DNA of 64,000 bases from Ginglymostoma cirratum (taxonomy: Eukaryota), in assembly GCA_024137785.1 (NCBI GenBank), contig JAHRHZ010000084.1, positions 1 to 64,000 of the forward strand, read 5' to 3'. The position numbers and the translations under genes are program-made. Below are positions 11,401 to 22,639 of the stretch, in pieces (position 1 is the first letter of the stretch; every line of letters starts with the position of its first letter). The notes beneath the pieces were generated by a model. The model saw only the letters and a program-made list of their open reading frames with translations. It was not told the origin of the DNA and searched no databases.

Positions 11401-12575
11401 AAAGAGTGCCTTTTAAAGCAATGAAATATTGTGGTTTACTTTTCAGACAAAAGCGCACTGTACTTGTAATATTTTTTCTTTGTCACTAACCTGAACTTGT
11501 TCCTCCCTAAATAGTTGATACATTTTCTAACTGAAAGCATCAATAATTTTCTTTAAAATGCTTTGAAAATGCGCTGCGCCTTGATGTTCACATTAGGCTT
11601 CAGTGCGTTAATTTATTAACATTTAAATGGAGGATCCAAATAATTACATTCCTTTATTCATGAGGGAAAAGGGTGATTCTAAAATTAATTTCCTAATAGC
11701 AGTGGTAAGTACATTTGTTCCTTTTCTCTAATTGACTGACTAATGTAACAAATGTAACGTGAGAGAACATTCTGTCAAAACCTGCATCGTACACCCTCCC
11801 ACTGAAACGTGTCACTAAGTTATTTCAAGTAATTGCCACTTTTATAAACAGTACTGAATACTCACTTTGTAGCAGAATACAATAAAATAGAAAGCCATCT
11901 ATCAGAATTCAAAAACGTAATTAATTAAAATGATACATGCAGCCTTTTCTTCTGCATAATTAAAACTATATTAAGATCAATAAATTTGAGAAAAATAACG
12001 TTTGCTTGTTGTTTCTAAGTGTGATGTTCCTGGCAAGAAAAAGTTCAGAGTGAGAAACTATAAAGTGTTGTGATTGTAATGAAGTGCTGGCGAAGACCGT
12101 GCAACAAACTGTTTGTCTCTGTTAGGAATGCACGCTTGTCTCTTGACTCCAAAATAAAATAAACTAATGAACGTTAAATGTTGACTTTGTAGAGAAAACG
12201 AGAGATGTCTGAGGATAAACTGACTTATGCTGCTCTTAATCTAGTTGGTTCTGAGGAAGGCATAATGCCGAAACAAAAGGAAGAAATCAGTGTATACAGA
12301 GGTACATTTCAGGTCACATGTGTAAATACTCAGTTTATTTATCAGAACGCTGTGATCTGGAGGTGATGTTGAAAATTGCTTTGTGTAATTTTCATCTGGA
12401 ATGTTTTAAATGAATGGTAATTCAGTCTCAATGTTATTTTTCAGACAAAAAAACTGCATGACAGACAGCAGGCTGACTTACCTTGCTCTGAAATTCAATG
12501 ATTCCAGTACATCATCGAAATCCAAACACCAAGAAAAAAAGTCCAGTGTATGCAGCGGTGAAAAGCAGCCGCTAA
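5443..12575 (+). CDS. Gene A (spliced): V-C1-TM-ITIM IgSF receptor, SIRP/NKp30-like, non-rearranging
   Basis: Exons 5443-5485, 5806-6114, 7637-7942, 9394-9507, 9926-9972, 12193-12312 and a final exon from 12445. All introns are GT-AG, with compatible phases (1,1,1,1,0,0). Every exon has a counterpart in paralogue B; V, C1, TM and the first cytoplasmic exon are identical in length. As assembled, the last exon reads out of the ITIM frame and stops at 12501 (about 331 aa); the stop matching B's is at 12573-12575. Confidence 0.8.
5806..6114 (+). CDS. Gene A Ig V-set exon
   Basis: GACAG| acceptor and G|GTAAGT donor, 309 nt, phase 1-1. Motifs: B-strand Cys (VLMQC), C-strand WW, LNLLNV, DAGTYHC. 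Confidence 0.92.
6320..7120 (-). mobile_element. Degenerate non-LTR retrotransposon 3' fragment in the V-C1 intron (shared with B at about 34145-34935)
   Basis: RT C-terminal-like peptide RVTQLLTPQRLSTTDKAQVRSLLECSPFA...KKFDTIQ, plus the common shark LINE/SINE 3' tail. Confidence 0.8.
7637..7942 (+). CDS. Gene A Ig C1-set exon
   Basis: TTCAG| acceptor and G|GTACC donor, 306 nt. Canonical C1 motifs LRCRTSDFYPKDFKLTWYKNG, YEVISTL and YTCQVYH. Confidence 0.93.
8270..8842 (+). mobile_element. Degenerate CR1 3' fragment (shared with B at about 36035-36592)
   Basis: Similar to the CR1 RT C-terminus and 3' UTR (LVRPH.EYCVQF..P, LERVQ). Confidence 0.8.
9394..9507 (+). CDS. Gene A transmembrane exon (DFASKISVTMAARCAAGAFAILMLVAMIAKDFLFFPSK)
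   Basis: TACAG| acceptor and G|GTATGA donor, 114 nt, phase 1-1, hydrophobic stretch. Same length in B. Confidence 0.82.
9926..9972 (+). CDS. Gene A first cytoplasmic exon (GRGTNISINPTQQEDV)
   Basis: Polypyrimidine tract with CTCAG| acceptor and |GTGAGG donor, 47 nt, phase 1 to 0. A 47-nt counterpart exists in B. Confidence 0.7.
12193..12312 (+). CDS. Gene A cytoplasmic ITIM exon 1 (RKREMSEDKLTYAALNLVGSEEGIMPKQKEEISVYRGTFQ)
   Basis: TTGTAG| phase-0 acceptor and an in-frame ITIM LTYAAL. The 3' boundary (CAG|GTCACA) is less certain. Confidence 0.75.
12445..12575 (+). CDS. Gene A cytoplasmic ITIM exon 2 (LTYLAL...PVYAAV), with two +1 indels in A-runs relative to B
   Basis: TTTTCAG| acceptor. 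Aligns to the open B exon 41257-41385. Confidence 0.6.
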
Positions 12576-13587
12576 ATTGGCAAACAAAAATACTCTTAAA
12601 AGACAGAAGCCCACAATGTATGACAGAGACTTTTATGTTTCTTATCAATTTTTAGCAGTTATTTTCCTCATGTAAGTCTGGCATAATTTTGCAAAACTGT
12701 GGATGAATTTCTTTCCTTCAAGTAATGTCACCTGGATCCATTTTATTTTAGCTTGAAAATTCACACAACAGTTACAACTAAAAATCGCAATTCAATTATT
12801 TCCAACTGTCAAGGATCTCCTTATTCCCTTTAAATCTGCACGAAGTTTGACATGATAATCATTAAAATTATTTTCGAGAATGTTTCTCTGTGGTTGTATG
12901 CCGTAAGGTATTTATAATTCCGGTTGTACTGGTCACACGATGTTTTCATTCACTTTCTCCAGTCACTGCGTTTTGACCTAGAAATGATGGGCTTTACTGT
13001 GACACATTTTCACAGGGCTTCTGTTGGTTAATTATCTTTAACTTGTTTATGTTTCACTGTCTTTTCTACCATGAATTGATATTTCGTTCTGCTTTCATTG
13101 TGCCAGGAGTTGTTATCCAGTTTGTCCTCTTGCTGTTCCTGTGAAAATGTTTGTGTGCTTTCCATATCGAGAAAGCTATAGAGATGCGATCGCTAATCTG
13201 CATGCCATTTTGATGGTTCATTTTTCTTAGTTAATTTGCTTTAGTTAAGAATTGGCAGTTTATTCTTCTTGGACAGCTGAAAAGAGAAACAGGTAGATTG
13301 ACTGAAATACATAAAATCTTCAGGGATCTTGACAAGATAGATGTGGAGATGTTTCCTCCGGTGGGAAAACTAGCACTAGGGAACATGGTTATATAAAAAA
13401 AATCAGAGGTTGACCGTTTAAAACAGCATTACACATATATTTGTTTCAGACATCGAGGAGCTTTTGGGACACTCTCCCTTAAAAGATCGAGGAAGCAAGG
13501 TTCTTGAATATTTCAACGTCACACATTGATAGATTATGTTGGAGAAAAGAGGTCAAAGGTTATCGGGGTACTGGTTGAATGTGTCAT

Positions 13588-14478
13588 ATTCCCTTCCCCT
13601 TCCTTGTCCACCTTCTGCAGGGACCGTTCCCTCCGGGACACCCTGGTCCACACTTCCTTCACCCCCAACACCTCCCCACAGCCCTCCGGCACCTTCCCCT
13701 GTAACTGGCGAAGGCGCAACACCTGCGCATTTACCTCCTCCCTCCCCATTATCCAAGGGCCCAAACATACCTTCCAGGTGAAGCAACACTTCACCTGCAT
13801 TTCCAAGAATCTAGCCGACTGCATTCGCTGCTCACAGTGTGATCTCCTCTACATTGGGGAAAAGGAGCGCAGGCTTGACGACCGCTTCGCAGAACATCTA
13901 CTGCTCGCAAAAAAGACCCTGAACTACCTGTTACCTGCCACTTCAATGCACCGCGTTGCTCCCTGGCCAACATCTCTGTGTCCGGCTTGCTACCAGGTTC
14001 CAGTGAAGATCAGTGCAAGCTGGAGGAACAACACCTCACTCTCAACTTGGGGACACTACGGCCCTTCGGACTCAATATTGAGGTCAAAACTCTCCCTTGT
14101 CCCTGCCCCCCACTCCACACACCAGGCCTTGTTACCACATAGCCTGCCACTACACACCCCCTGTTGTTAGTCACTAACAGTACCCATAAACAACTATTTA
14201 CCCTCCCAGCCTGGTCGTTAGCAACTCCTTTGTCTGTCCAACTGTCGTTTTCGCTCTTTGGGCTCTATCCTGCCATTTACTCCCGACCCACCCACGTCCC
14301 CATTTGCTACATATAAACTGACGTTTTCCCAGCCACCATCAGTTCTGACGAAGGGTCACCGGACCTGAAACTTTAACTCTGTTTTGTCCTCCACAGACGC
14401 TGCCAGAACTGCTGAGCTTTTCCAGCAACTTTGTTTTTGTTCCTGATTTACAGCGTCCGCAGTTCTTTTGTTTTTTTT
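13588..14478 (+). mobile_element. Penelope-like element 3' part (GIY-YIG remnant + pLTR)
   Basis: GTFPCN..C, CIRCSQCDLLYIGEKERRLDDRFAEHL, and a hammerhead-like core at 14345-14375. Confidence 0.88.
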
Positions 14479-14479
14479 A

Positions 14480-15832
14480 GGTTTTCTTGGAGCCTGGGAT
14501 GAGAGTGATGGGGAATGTGTAGGAGCAGGTGTAGCACTTCCTGCGGTTGCAGGGAAAAGTGCCAGGGGTGGTGGGGCTGGTGGGGAGTGTGTACCAGACA
14601 AGGGAGTCACGGAGAGAGTGGTCCCTCCAGAAAGCAGATAAGTGTGAGGAGGGGAAAATGTCCTTGGTAGTGGGGTCCGATTGCATGTGGTGAAAGTGCA
14701 GGAGGATGATGCGTTGAATCCGGAGGTTGGTGGGGTGGTACGTGAGGACAAAGGCGATTCTGTTTTGGTTGTTATTGCGGTGGGCGGGGTGTGAGGGATG
14801 AGTTGCAGGAAACACGAGAGATGCGGTCGAGTGCATTTTCGATCACTGTGGACGGGAAGTTGCGGTCCTTGATAAATGAGGACATCTGGGATGTCCGGGA
14901 GTGGAACGCCTCATCTCGGGAGTAGATGCGGCGTAGGCGAAGGAAGTGGGAATAGGCAATGGCATTTTTGCATGAAGATGGGTGAGAGGAGGTGTCTTCT
15001 CGGTAGCTGTGGGAGTCGGTGGGCCTGAAATAGATATCGGTTTCCAGGTGGTTGCCAGAGATGGAAGCAGAGAGGTCCAGAAAGGAGACAGAGGAATCAG
15101 AGATGGTCCAAGTGAACTTAAGGTTGGGTTGGAAGGAGTTAGTAAAGTGGATGAACAGTACGAGCTCCTCGTGGGAGCACGAGGCGGTGCCGATACAGTC
15201 ATCGATATAACAGAAGAAGAGTTGGGGATTAGGGCCAGTGTAGCTTTGGGAGAGGGATTGTTCTCCATATCCTACAAAGAAGCAGGCATAGCTTGGGCTC
15301 ATGCAGGTACCCATGGCCACCCCCTTTGTTTGCAGGAAGTGGGAAGAATTGAAAGAGAAGTTGTTCACGGTGAGGACGAGTTCGGATAAGCGGATAAGGG
15401 GTAGTTGGAGGAGGACTGATCGGGCCTGCGGGGGAGGAAGAAGTGGAAAGCCTTCAGGCCATCTGCATGGGGAATGGAAGTATATAGGGACTGGACGTCC
15501 ATGGTGAAGATGAGGTATTGGGGACCAAGGAATTGGAAGTTTTGGAGGAGGTGGAGGGAGTGGGTGGTGTCACAGACATCGTTGGGAAGTCCCTGGACCA
15601 AGGGGGAGAAAATGGAGTCGAGATGAATGGAGATAAGTTCAGTGGGGCAGGAGTAGGTGGAGACAATGGGTCGACCAGGGCAGTCTGGTTTGTGGATTTT
15701 GGGAAGGAGATAGAAACGGGATGTGCGGGGTTGGGGAACAATAAGGTTGGAGGCTGGGGTTGGGAGGTCATCTCAGTTGATAAGGTTGTGGATGGTCTGC
15801 GCGATGATGTTTTCGTGTTCAGGGTGGGGTCA
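14480..15832 (-). mobile_element. Penelope-like element RT region (frameshifted)
   Basis: TMDVQSLYTSIPH, QTKGVAMGT, YIDDC, FLDL, and the linker GTFPCNRRKCYTC. Confidence 0.93.
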
Positions 15833-15834
15833 AT

Positions 15835-18800
15835 ATCTATTTGCTTAACACTCGTGTTCGAATGTTAATGTCTGCTTGAATTCTGTATAAAAACGGCTGC
15901 TTTTGAGCTGTGATTTTGGTATTCCATTTCGACGTACATTGTGCTGTGGTGAATGTACAATAAAAAAGTTATTTTCGCTTCTCACTGATCCTGGTGGTCT
16001 GGTTCTTTGAACGCGATCTCACAAGTTGGCGTAGTCGGCAGCATGCTGGGGACACTGTCAAACCTGTCTGGTCATGGACACTAGCAGGAGGTAAGCAGCA
16101 CACTTCTGTGTCGTGATATAGTCTCTGAAAGCATCCTGAACCTCTCGTGAGTGAGCTATCATTTTGGACCCCCCACGCCTTCGGCTCGAGGGCTCAAACT
16201 CGGCCAAAACAGATCTAGGACAAGGTGTCCACGGCAAGAAATTGTCCACAGCGCGTGATTTTGACTCGTGATGTGCGACCCCAATAAGCTGTCTACAACC
16301 TCCAAAGATGGGCCTTCCCCAACCCCCTCCCCGCTTGTGCCCCCTCCCCCAACCTGACATAACAGAGGACGAAATGCTGTGGCAGCTACTACACTACTTT
16401 GAAATACAATTTTTGTTAGAGGAGACTCGAACGAGAACAGTGTGGAAATATAATGTTCCAACAGGACAGTGGTCCCGGAAGGACATGAAACGTGTCTGGG
16501 GAGAAACCACCCGGCAGGAGAACAAGGGCAGGGCTAAATGTTCCCTCACATTAATGGCACAACTCTGCCAAAGAAATGAACTCATGACCCGGTCAGCTCA
16601 ATACCGAGAAATAAATAAACTCAAAGAACAGGTAAAAGCCATGCATGAGCAACTGCAGAAGGAGAGACCCAAACAAGAGGAGGCTGAAGTTAAAATACAG
16701 GAGCTCGTACAGGAGAACAGGAAAATGAAAGATGAACTGACAGTTTTGTCAGTTTCTCCCCTGGCTCCAAAGACAATTCCGAGTCTCTACCCAACGACCC
16801 GAGAAATTCAGGAAGTGATTAAACGAAACAAAGCTCTTAAAATTCTCATAGCTTTCCAAACTGAGGAATCCTCCAGCAGCGACAGTGATGAAGACTCTAC
16901 ACCCCCAACACACTTTTTACAGCCCCTGAAAACCAAAAAAAGTAAAACGTGAGAAATTAGTGAGGCAAGGATTAGACGACGGCAGGGAGGTCGATGTTCC
17001 AATGAGACAAACCGAAAACCACATTGTCCATGTGCCTGTGACTCCTGACAACATTGACAGGTGGTCTACAGAAATGTCTCACTCAAAGAAAGGGCTGATG
17101 AAAACTTGGGAAAGCCTAGACCGGTTAGGGGAATATACCTGCTCCATCCCTGGGATGGGGTACAAAACCTCACTGTCATAGTCACCAAGAGAGAAGGACG
17201 CCTCCTCCATGAGGCAGTTATATATGAATCCGAACAGGACCTGCAAGCTGGCTGGACAGCAATAAAACAGAGCTGCAGGGATTTAGTCCACCTAAAACCG
17301 ATTGGACAAAGGTCACTGTCAGCTGCCAAAATGCCACTGAGGAAGTCCCCAAGTAGAAGGAAATGTTGAGAACAACCTGGAAGGAATATGCAAGGGTCCC
17401 GAATGTAAAGGATGATAAAGATTTCGAAAACTGCGACTCCGGCCCGCTGAAATCTGCCTTTGTAGCAGGACTCAAACCAAAGCTCGGTAAAATGCTGAAA
17501 CTCACTAAACTGGATTGGGACCAAAGGGGGATCAAAACTATGTGTTTATCCAAGCCCACCAGCTCGACCGGGAAATGGGAGCTCAGGTGCGAGCCGTGCA
17601 GACAGGACAAGTAAGACAGACCCCTGGTTGACCCGGAACAACCCAGGACAGACGCCCAGGGAAATGTCAAGTCTGTGGGAAGGAGGGTCACTGGTCCAAG
17701 AATTGCTGACACAGGGGGAAAGGGCACAGCGCCCTCTGAGAGCCCTTATGAAAGAGAAACCCCAGTGGCAGGAAATAATCCCAACCTCCTGGAACGGTTC
17801 AAAAGGCTGCCCGCCCAACAGTGGCAGGGGCTGCTGGATTTGACAAAAAACTGAGTGAGCCCACTCCATGCCCCTCCACGCTGCTCCTGGCTTTATGCAA
17901 GCAGAGGGGCGACGGACTATATGCGACCATGAAGGCGAGGGACCGAGACATTGCTTGTCTCTTGGACACAGGAGCAGAATAGCACGCCTTCCCCTTAAGT
18001 CTGAAGCCAATCTCCCGCTAGACGGGACAGGAAAGACTGCCTACGGAGCAGGAGCTGACAGGATTGAAATTAAAAAAAACTAATCCAATAAATATTGCCT
18101 TTGGCCCCCACGAACTGGTAACCTGTGTCGAGGTCGTACCTGTTGCTCAACCGCTCCTCGGGATGAATATCCTTTCTCAATTAAATTCATCCCTACACTT
18201 CAGTGATGGGCGGATGAGGTGGTCTATTAGAACCCTGTAGAGGGAATATTTAAAGGACCACCACATCTGAGCGAAAGACAATGATGATTGCAGGTTACTA
18301 GAAATGGAACCTGCAACATTTACAGGGATACCCCCCGCCTTGCACCAATAGTATCCCATCAGCCCGATGTCAATTACGGGAGTCCTCCCAATCAGTCAAA
18401 GACACGAGGAAAAGGGAATCCTGGTGAAAACACACAGCACCGTGGAAGCCTAAGGTAATGCCCTGGCAGATCAAGCAGCTAAAAGAGCTGCCTCCAATCA
18501 CTCCTGTCAAGATCCTCAAATGCACGTCTGCTGGCTCGACACTGGGACAACAATCAAGATCTGTAATCAACACAGAGTGAGTGTTCCCGAAAGGAAAAAT
18601 GGGGCTGGATTGAGAATGGACCCAAGGTATACGAAGACGGAATTTGGAGGCACCGAGAGTCTAATCGCCCAATTGCACCCACTGCCCTGATGCCATATCT
18701 GGCGCAACAAATTCTCTCCTGGGGACATTTGGAACCGGAACACAAGACAGCCCGGTTCCAAGGCAGCTGGTGGGGAAGAGGCTTTAAAAGACATGCTCGG

Positions 18801-20046
18801 ACCATATTAGACCGCTGCCTCACCTGCCTCAAGAACAACCCGAGAACAAAAGTGCAAGTCCCCCAGCTGAAACACCAGCGCCCCTAGGGCCATTCCAACA
18901 CTTACAGGTTGATTCTTTCTTGGTGCCACGCTGTACATGGATTTTCGGACGTGCTTGTCATTGTGGATATGTTCTCTAGATGGGTGGAAGCTGCACCCGC
19001 AAGAAAGGCCACTGCCAACCACACAGCCAAGGCGCTGTGTAGGTAGTACATACCCCGGCTGGGGAGTAGCCACCACCATCGACTCAGATCAGGTGACCCA
19101 TTTCACAGGAACAGTGTGTCAGGAGGTCTGCCGATTATTAAGAATTGAGTGGAATTTTCACTGCCCGTATCACCCTCAATCTCAGGGCAGCTGGAAAGAA
19201 TGAACCAGACTCTGAAACAAAGGCTGGCTAACTACCACCAGGAAGGAATACCCTGGCCACAGGTATTACAAATAGTGCTGTGTAGTGTCAGGGCTACTCC
19301 TGACAAAACAACAGGCCTGAGCCCGTTTGAGACAGTGACAGGCAGGCTGATGTCCCTACCCGGGACAATACACCTGCGAGAGGCCGACTGTCATCTTGTG
19401 AGCGATGCCCTAATGTCCTACTGTCCTGCACTAACCGTTAAGTTCTGCTTCCTCATCGGTATCGGCTGCCTGGACGGACCCGCCAGAGGGAGGGCATGAT
19501 ATCGTACCAGGCATGTGGGTACTTGTGAAAAAGGTCCACACGGAACCATTATATACAAAGTGGTAGAGACCATACCAAGTCCTACTGATCACCCAGTCAG
19601 CTGTCAAGGTTCAGGGAAAGAAGGCCTGGACTCACACCTCACATATCAAACGGACATCTTGCGAAATAGAAGACGCAGAGACTGAATAGACACCATGACA
19701 CCCTGAAATTATTGCCAACTTTACCCCTTACTATGGCACTTATTTCATTTGTGGTCTTAAAGCATACCCGTGGCTCCCTGCTGTTGGCAAGGTTCATGAC
19801 ACCTTGGGTATGTGGTCACACACATATACCACTCTGCTAAATTGCCCAGCCTGAGACTCAAATGAACAATCTCTGATTCCCAGAATGCGAACCATATATC
19901 TACAGTCTCATTCAACATCTAAGGGACCCCAGTGGACTTTGGGTTTCTATTTCGCCTTACATCGTGCTGCTGTGAACATACAATAAAGAGGCTATTTTTG
20001 CCACTCACTGATCCTGGTCGTCTGGTTCTTTGAATGCGATCTCACA
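15835..20046 (+). mobile_element. Endogenous retrovirus (class I, epsilon/gamma-like), internally deleted
   Basis: Paired LTR ends ...GGTTCTTTGAA(C/T)GCGATCTCACA at 16023 and 20046. PBS at 16027-16044. Gag zinc knuckle CQVCGKEGHWSKNC (17665-17706), protease CLLDTGA (17956-17976), RNase H end GNALADQAAK, integrase IDSDQVTHFTG and HCPYHPQS.GQLERMNQTLK, env remnant GTYFICGLKAYPWLP (19735-19779). Confidence 0.92.
16027..16044 (+). other. Retroviral primer-binding site complementary to tRNA-Ser
   Basis: TGGCGTAGTCGGCAGCAT, 3 nt after the LTR-terminal CA. Matches the complement of the vertebrate tRNA-Ser 3' end (TGGCGTAGTCGGCAGGAT) at 17 of 18 positions. Confidence 0.85.
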
Positions 20047-20049
20047 CAA

Positions 20050-20835
20050 GATTGTGTGAAGCGCAGGTAAATCGCTGCTTCACCTGGAAGGTGTGTTGTG
20101 GCATTGGATAGTGAAGGGGGGAGGAAATAAATGGTCAGGTGTTGCACGTTCTGCAATTGCAGTGGAAGGTGCTGGTGGGGGTTGGGGGGGTGAGACAGGG
20201 AGATGCTAGGAGTGGACCAAGGTGTGCCAGAGGGAAAGGTCCCTGCACAAGGCTGACACAGGAGGGGAAGGGAATATGTATCTGATGGTGGTACCCCACT
20301 GGAGGTGGCAGAAATGGCCGTGAATGATCCTTTGGATGTGCATGAGGGTGGGATGGTAAGTGAGGAGCGGGGGACTCAGGCTTTCTGCAGTGTTCCAGCG
20401 AAGCTCAGCACAAGCTGGAAGAACAGCATTTCATTTTCCACTTGAGGACCCTGCAGCCTTTGGAACTCAATATTGTATTCAATAATTTTCAGGTTTAAGC
20501 ACCATTTCCCATGCCCTTACCGAAAACCCTCACAAACCAGGGCTTGTCATCACATGGACTGCTGACGATTGCCAGTGACAAATGACCCAAATTACCAGGT
20601 ATTGATTCTCCCAGACTGAACCTTACCCACTCCTTTGTCTGTTCAGCTTCTATTCTCTGTCTCTGGGCTCCAACTCCACTCACCGTTTATTCCTCCACAA
20701 TTCCCCAACTCATTCTCAGCATATATATCAACCTTTTCCAAAGTGCGTTCTGTTCTGAAGAAGAATCACTGAGCACGATCAGTTCATTCTGCTTTCTGTT
20801 CCACAGATGTTGCCAGATCTGCTGAGTTTTCCCAG
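20050..20835. mobile_element. Rearranged Penelope-like fragments (inverted segment + pLTR)
   Basis: 20050-20375 is similar to the reverse complement of the Penelope linker region. 20380-20835 resembles the GIY-YIG end and pLTR at 13980-14420. Confidence 0.75.
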
Positions 20836-22639
20836 AAAATTATGCATTTTTAAATGGAATATTCATTGTTTGGGATTCCGGTTAACCAAAAATAATGGCT
20901 AAATTTAGTCTCTGCATATTGACTGAAATAAAATTAGATTGGAGAGCGGTTGAAAAGTTTGGGCATGTACCCACAGGATTTTGTAGAACTCAGATTATAC
21001 ACAACATATGTATACAATAATATGGGGACATCATGCATTAGACACTGAGTGCATGCTGTTCCTGCAGACTAGAACTCAGCCAGTTTAAAACTAAGAGTCT
21101 CATTTTTCAGGCAGGTATGTTTTTTTTCCCTCAGCCAGAGGATCGTTAGCGCTTGAATTTCTCTTTCACAGGGAGCAGGGCAATTGAATATTTTCAGGCT
21201 GTTTTAAATAGTTTCTGGATACAGTTGGAGCCAATGAATGTAACACAAGAAACTGGAGATTTAGACCACAGTCAGATTAGATATGATCTCATCGAGTGAG
21301 ATAACACTGCCTTGAAGGGCAGAGTGTTTCATTCGTGCACCTAATTCCCATGTTCCTATTTCTTACATTCCTTCGTACAACTGCTGTGTGGCAAGGATTA
21401 TCGAACAACTAAATATGACATGCTCATAGTTGCGAACATATGCAGTACAAACAGAACAACACCCATTCTGCTACAACAAACTATGCCTGGCTTTACTCGA
21501 CTCCCTCCTTTTTTCATGGAACCAGTTTGATTGCTGTGGTCATGCTTACGAATTCTGTCACAGATAGATGCTTTTGCAACTGGCAGACAGGTGAGGATAT
21601 GTTCACATGCATATATTTTTCCCACATATTGATAGCTGAAATGCCTTGTGAATACCCAGTCCTGAGCTGTTCATTGTTCAGTGTTTATCTCATTCGGCGC
21701 CTTAAAAATGCCACAGAAAAGAATGTAAGGTATCTGTTAGATTTCATATTTTCAATGAGAGGAGGGACAGATTCAGATGACCTTTATTTGCGTTTTACTG
21801 ATCAGTTACAGCATACAGCAAAAAGGAACAGCAAAAGAAAATGCAAAAAGGCATATTAACTCACACAATTTAAACTTAGAGTGCACATGTCCCTCCTTCT
21901 GATTACTATTGGTAAGCGATGCCAAGTTGTCCTATTGTAATTGGCTCTCAGCTTGCTAATCACTGAGATGAGCTTGTTGTACACCCCAGCTCATGTGTTC
22001 ACAGACTTTCTTATCTTCCTGCAAATGGATAATTCCCAATTAATTATATCAGGGACTTATAAGTTTTTCTTTCCAGGGAATACAAAGATGAAATGACAAG
22101 GAGCGGGGGACATTTTTACTGTATGGAAGTGATTTGAATCTTTTAGCCATTTTTTAGTATATTGTACATTGAATAAATAACGCAAGAGAAACAATTACTT
22201 CAACTTTGATTTTTTCGCTGCTATGCACAGTGCTGCTTTTGTAATCAAATGTTACATGTTGTCATCTATATTCTTGCAAGAATGATTGCACATTCAGCAA
22301 CCTTGAGAAATGTTCCTGTCAGCATTCGTTATGGGCATCCCTGACGATCCTCCCTTTGATTCCCCCTGAAGCGAATCACAAAGCACACAGGTATATAGTG
22401 ACACACACGAGATTAGCTTTTTACACAAGAATGATTGCCTCACGGGGTGCTGATCTTTCAGGAGCTGAACCTGTGGGGCTACGGCCGAAGCCAACTGTTG
22501 GCGACAACATTCGATTAACAACAACAAACAATACAAAAGGAGAATTACTGCAACAAATAACACTGTACCCTGCACATGAAGCTCCATCTGTTTCTATCCC
22601 ACACGGCCCAATGTATGTGGTGGAAGCAAGCAGCCCGAG

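Larger units (their letters stand above)
1..13270 (+). repeat. Segmental duplication, copy A (starts before the window)
   Basis: Colinear similarity to 30778-42078 across upstream DNA, introns, exons and shared old LINE/SINE fragments. Confidence 0.92.
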
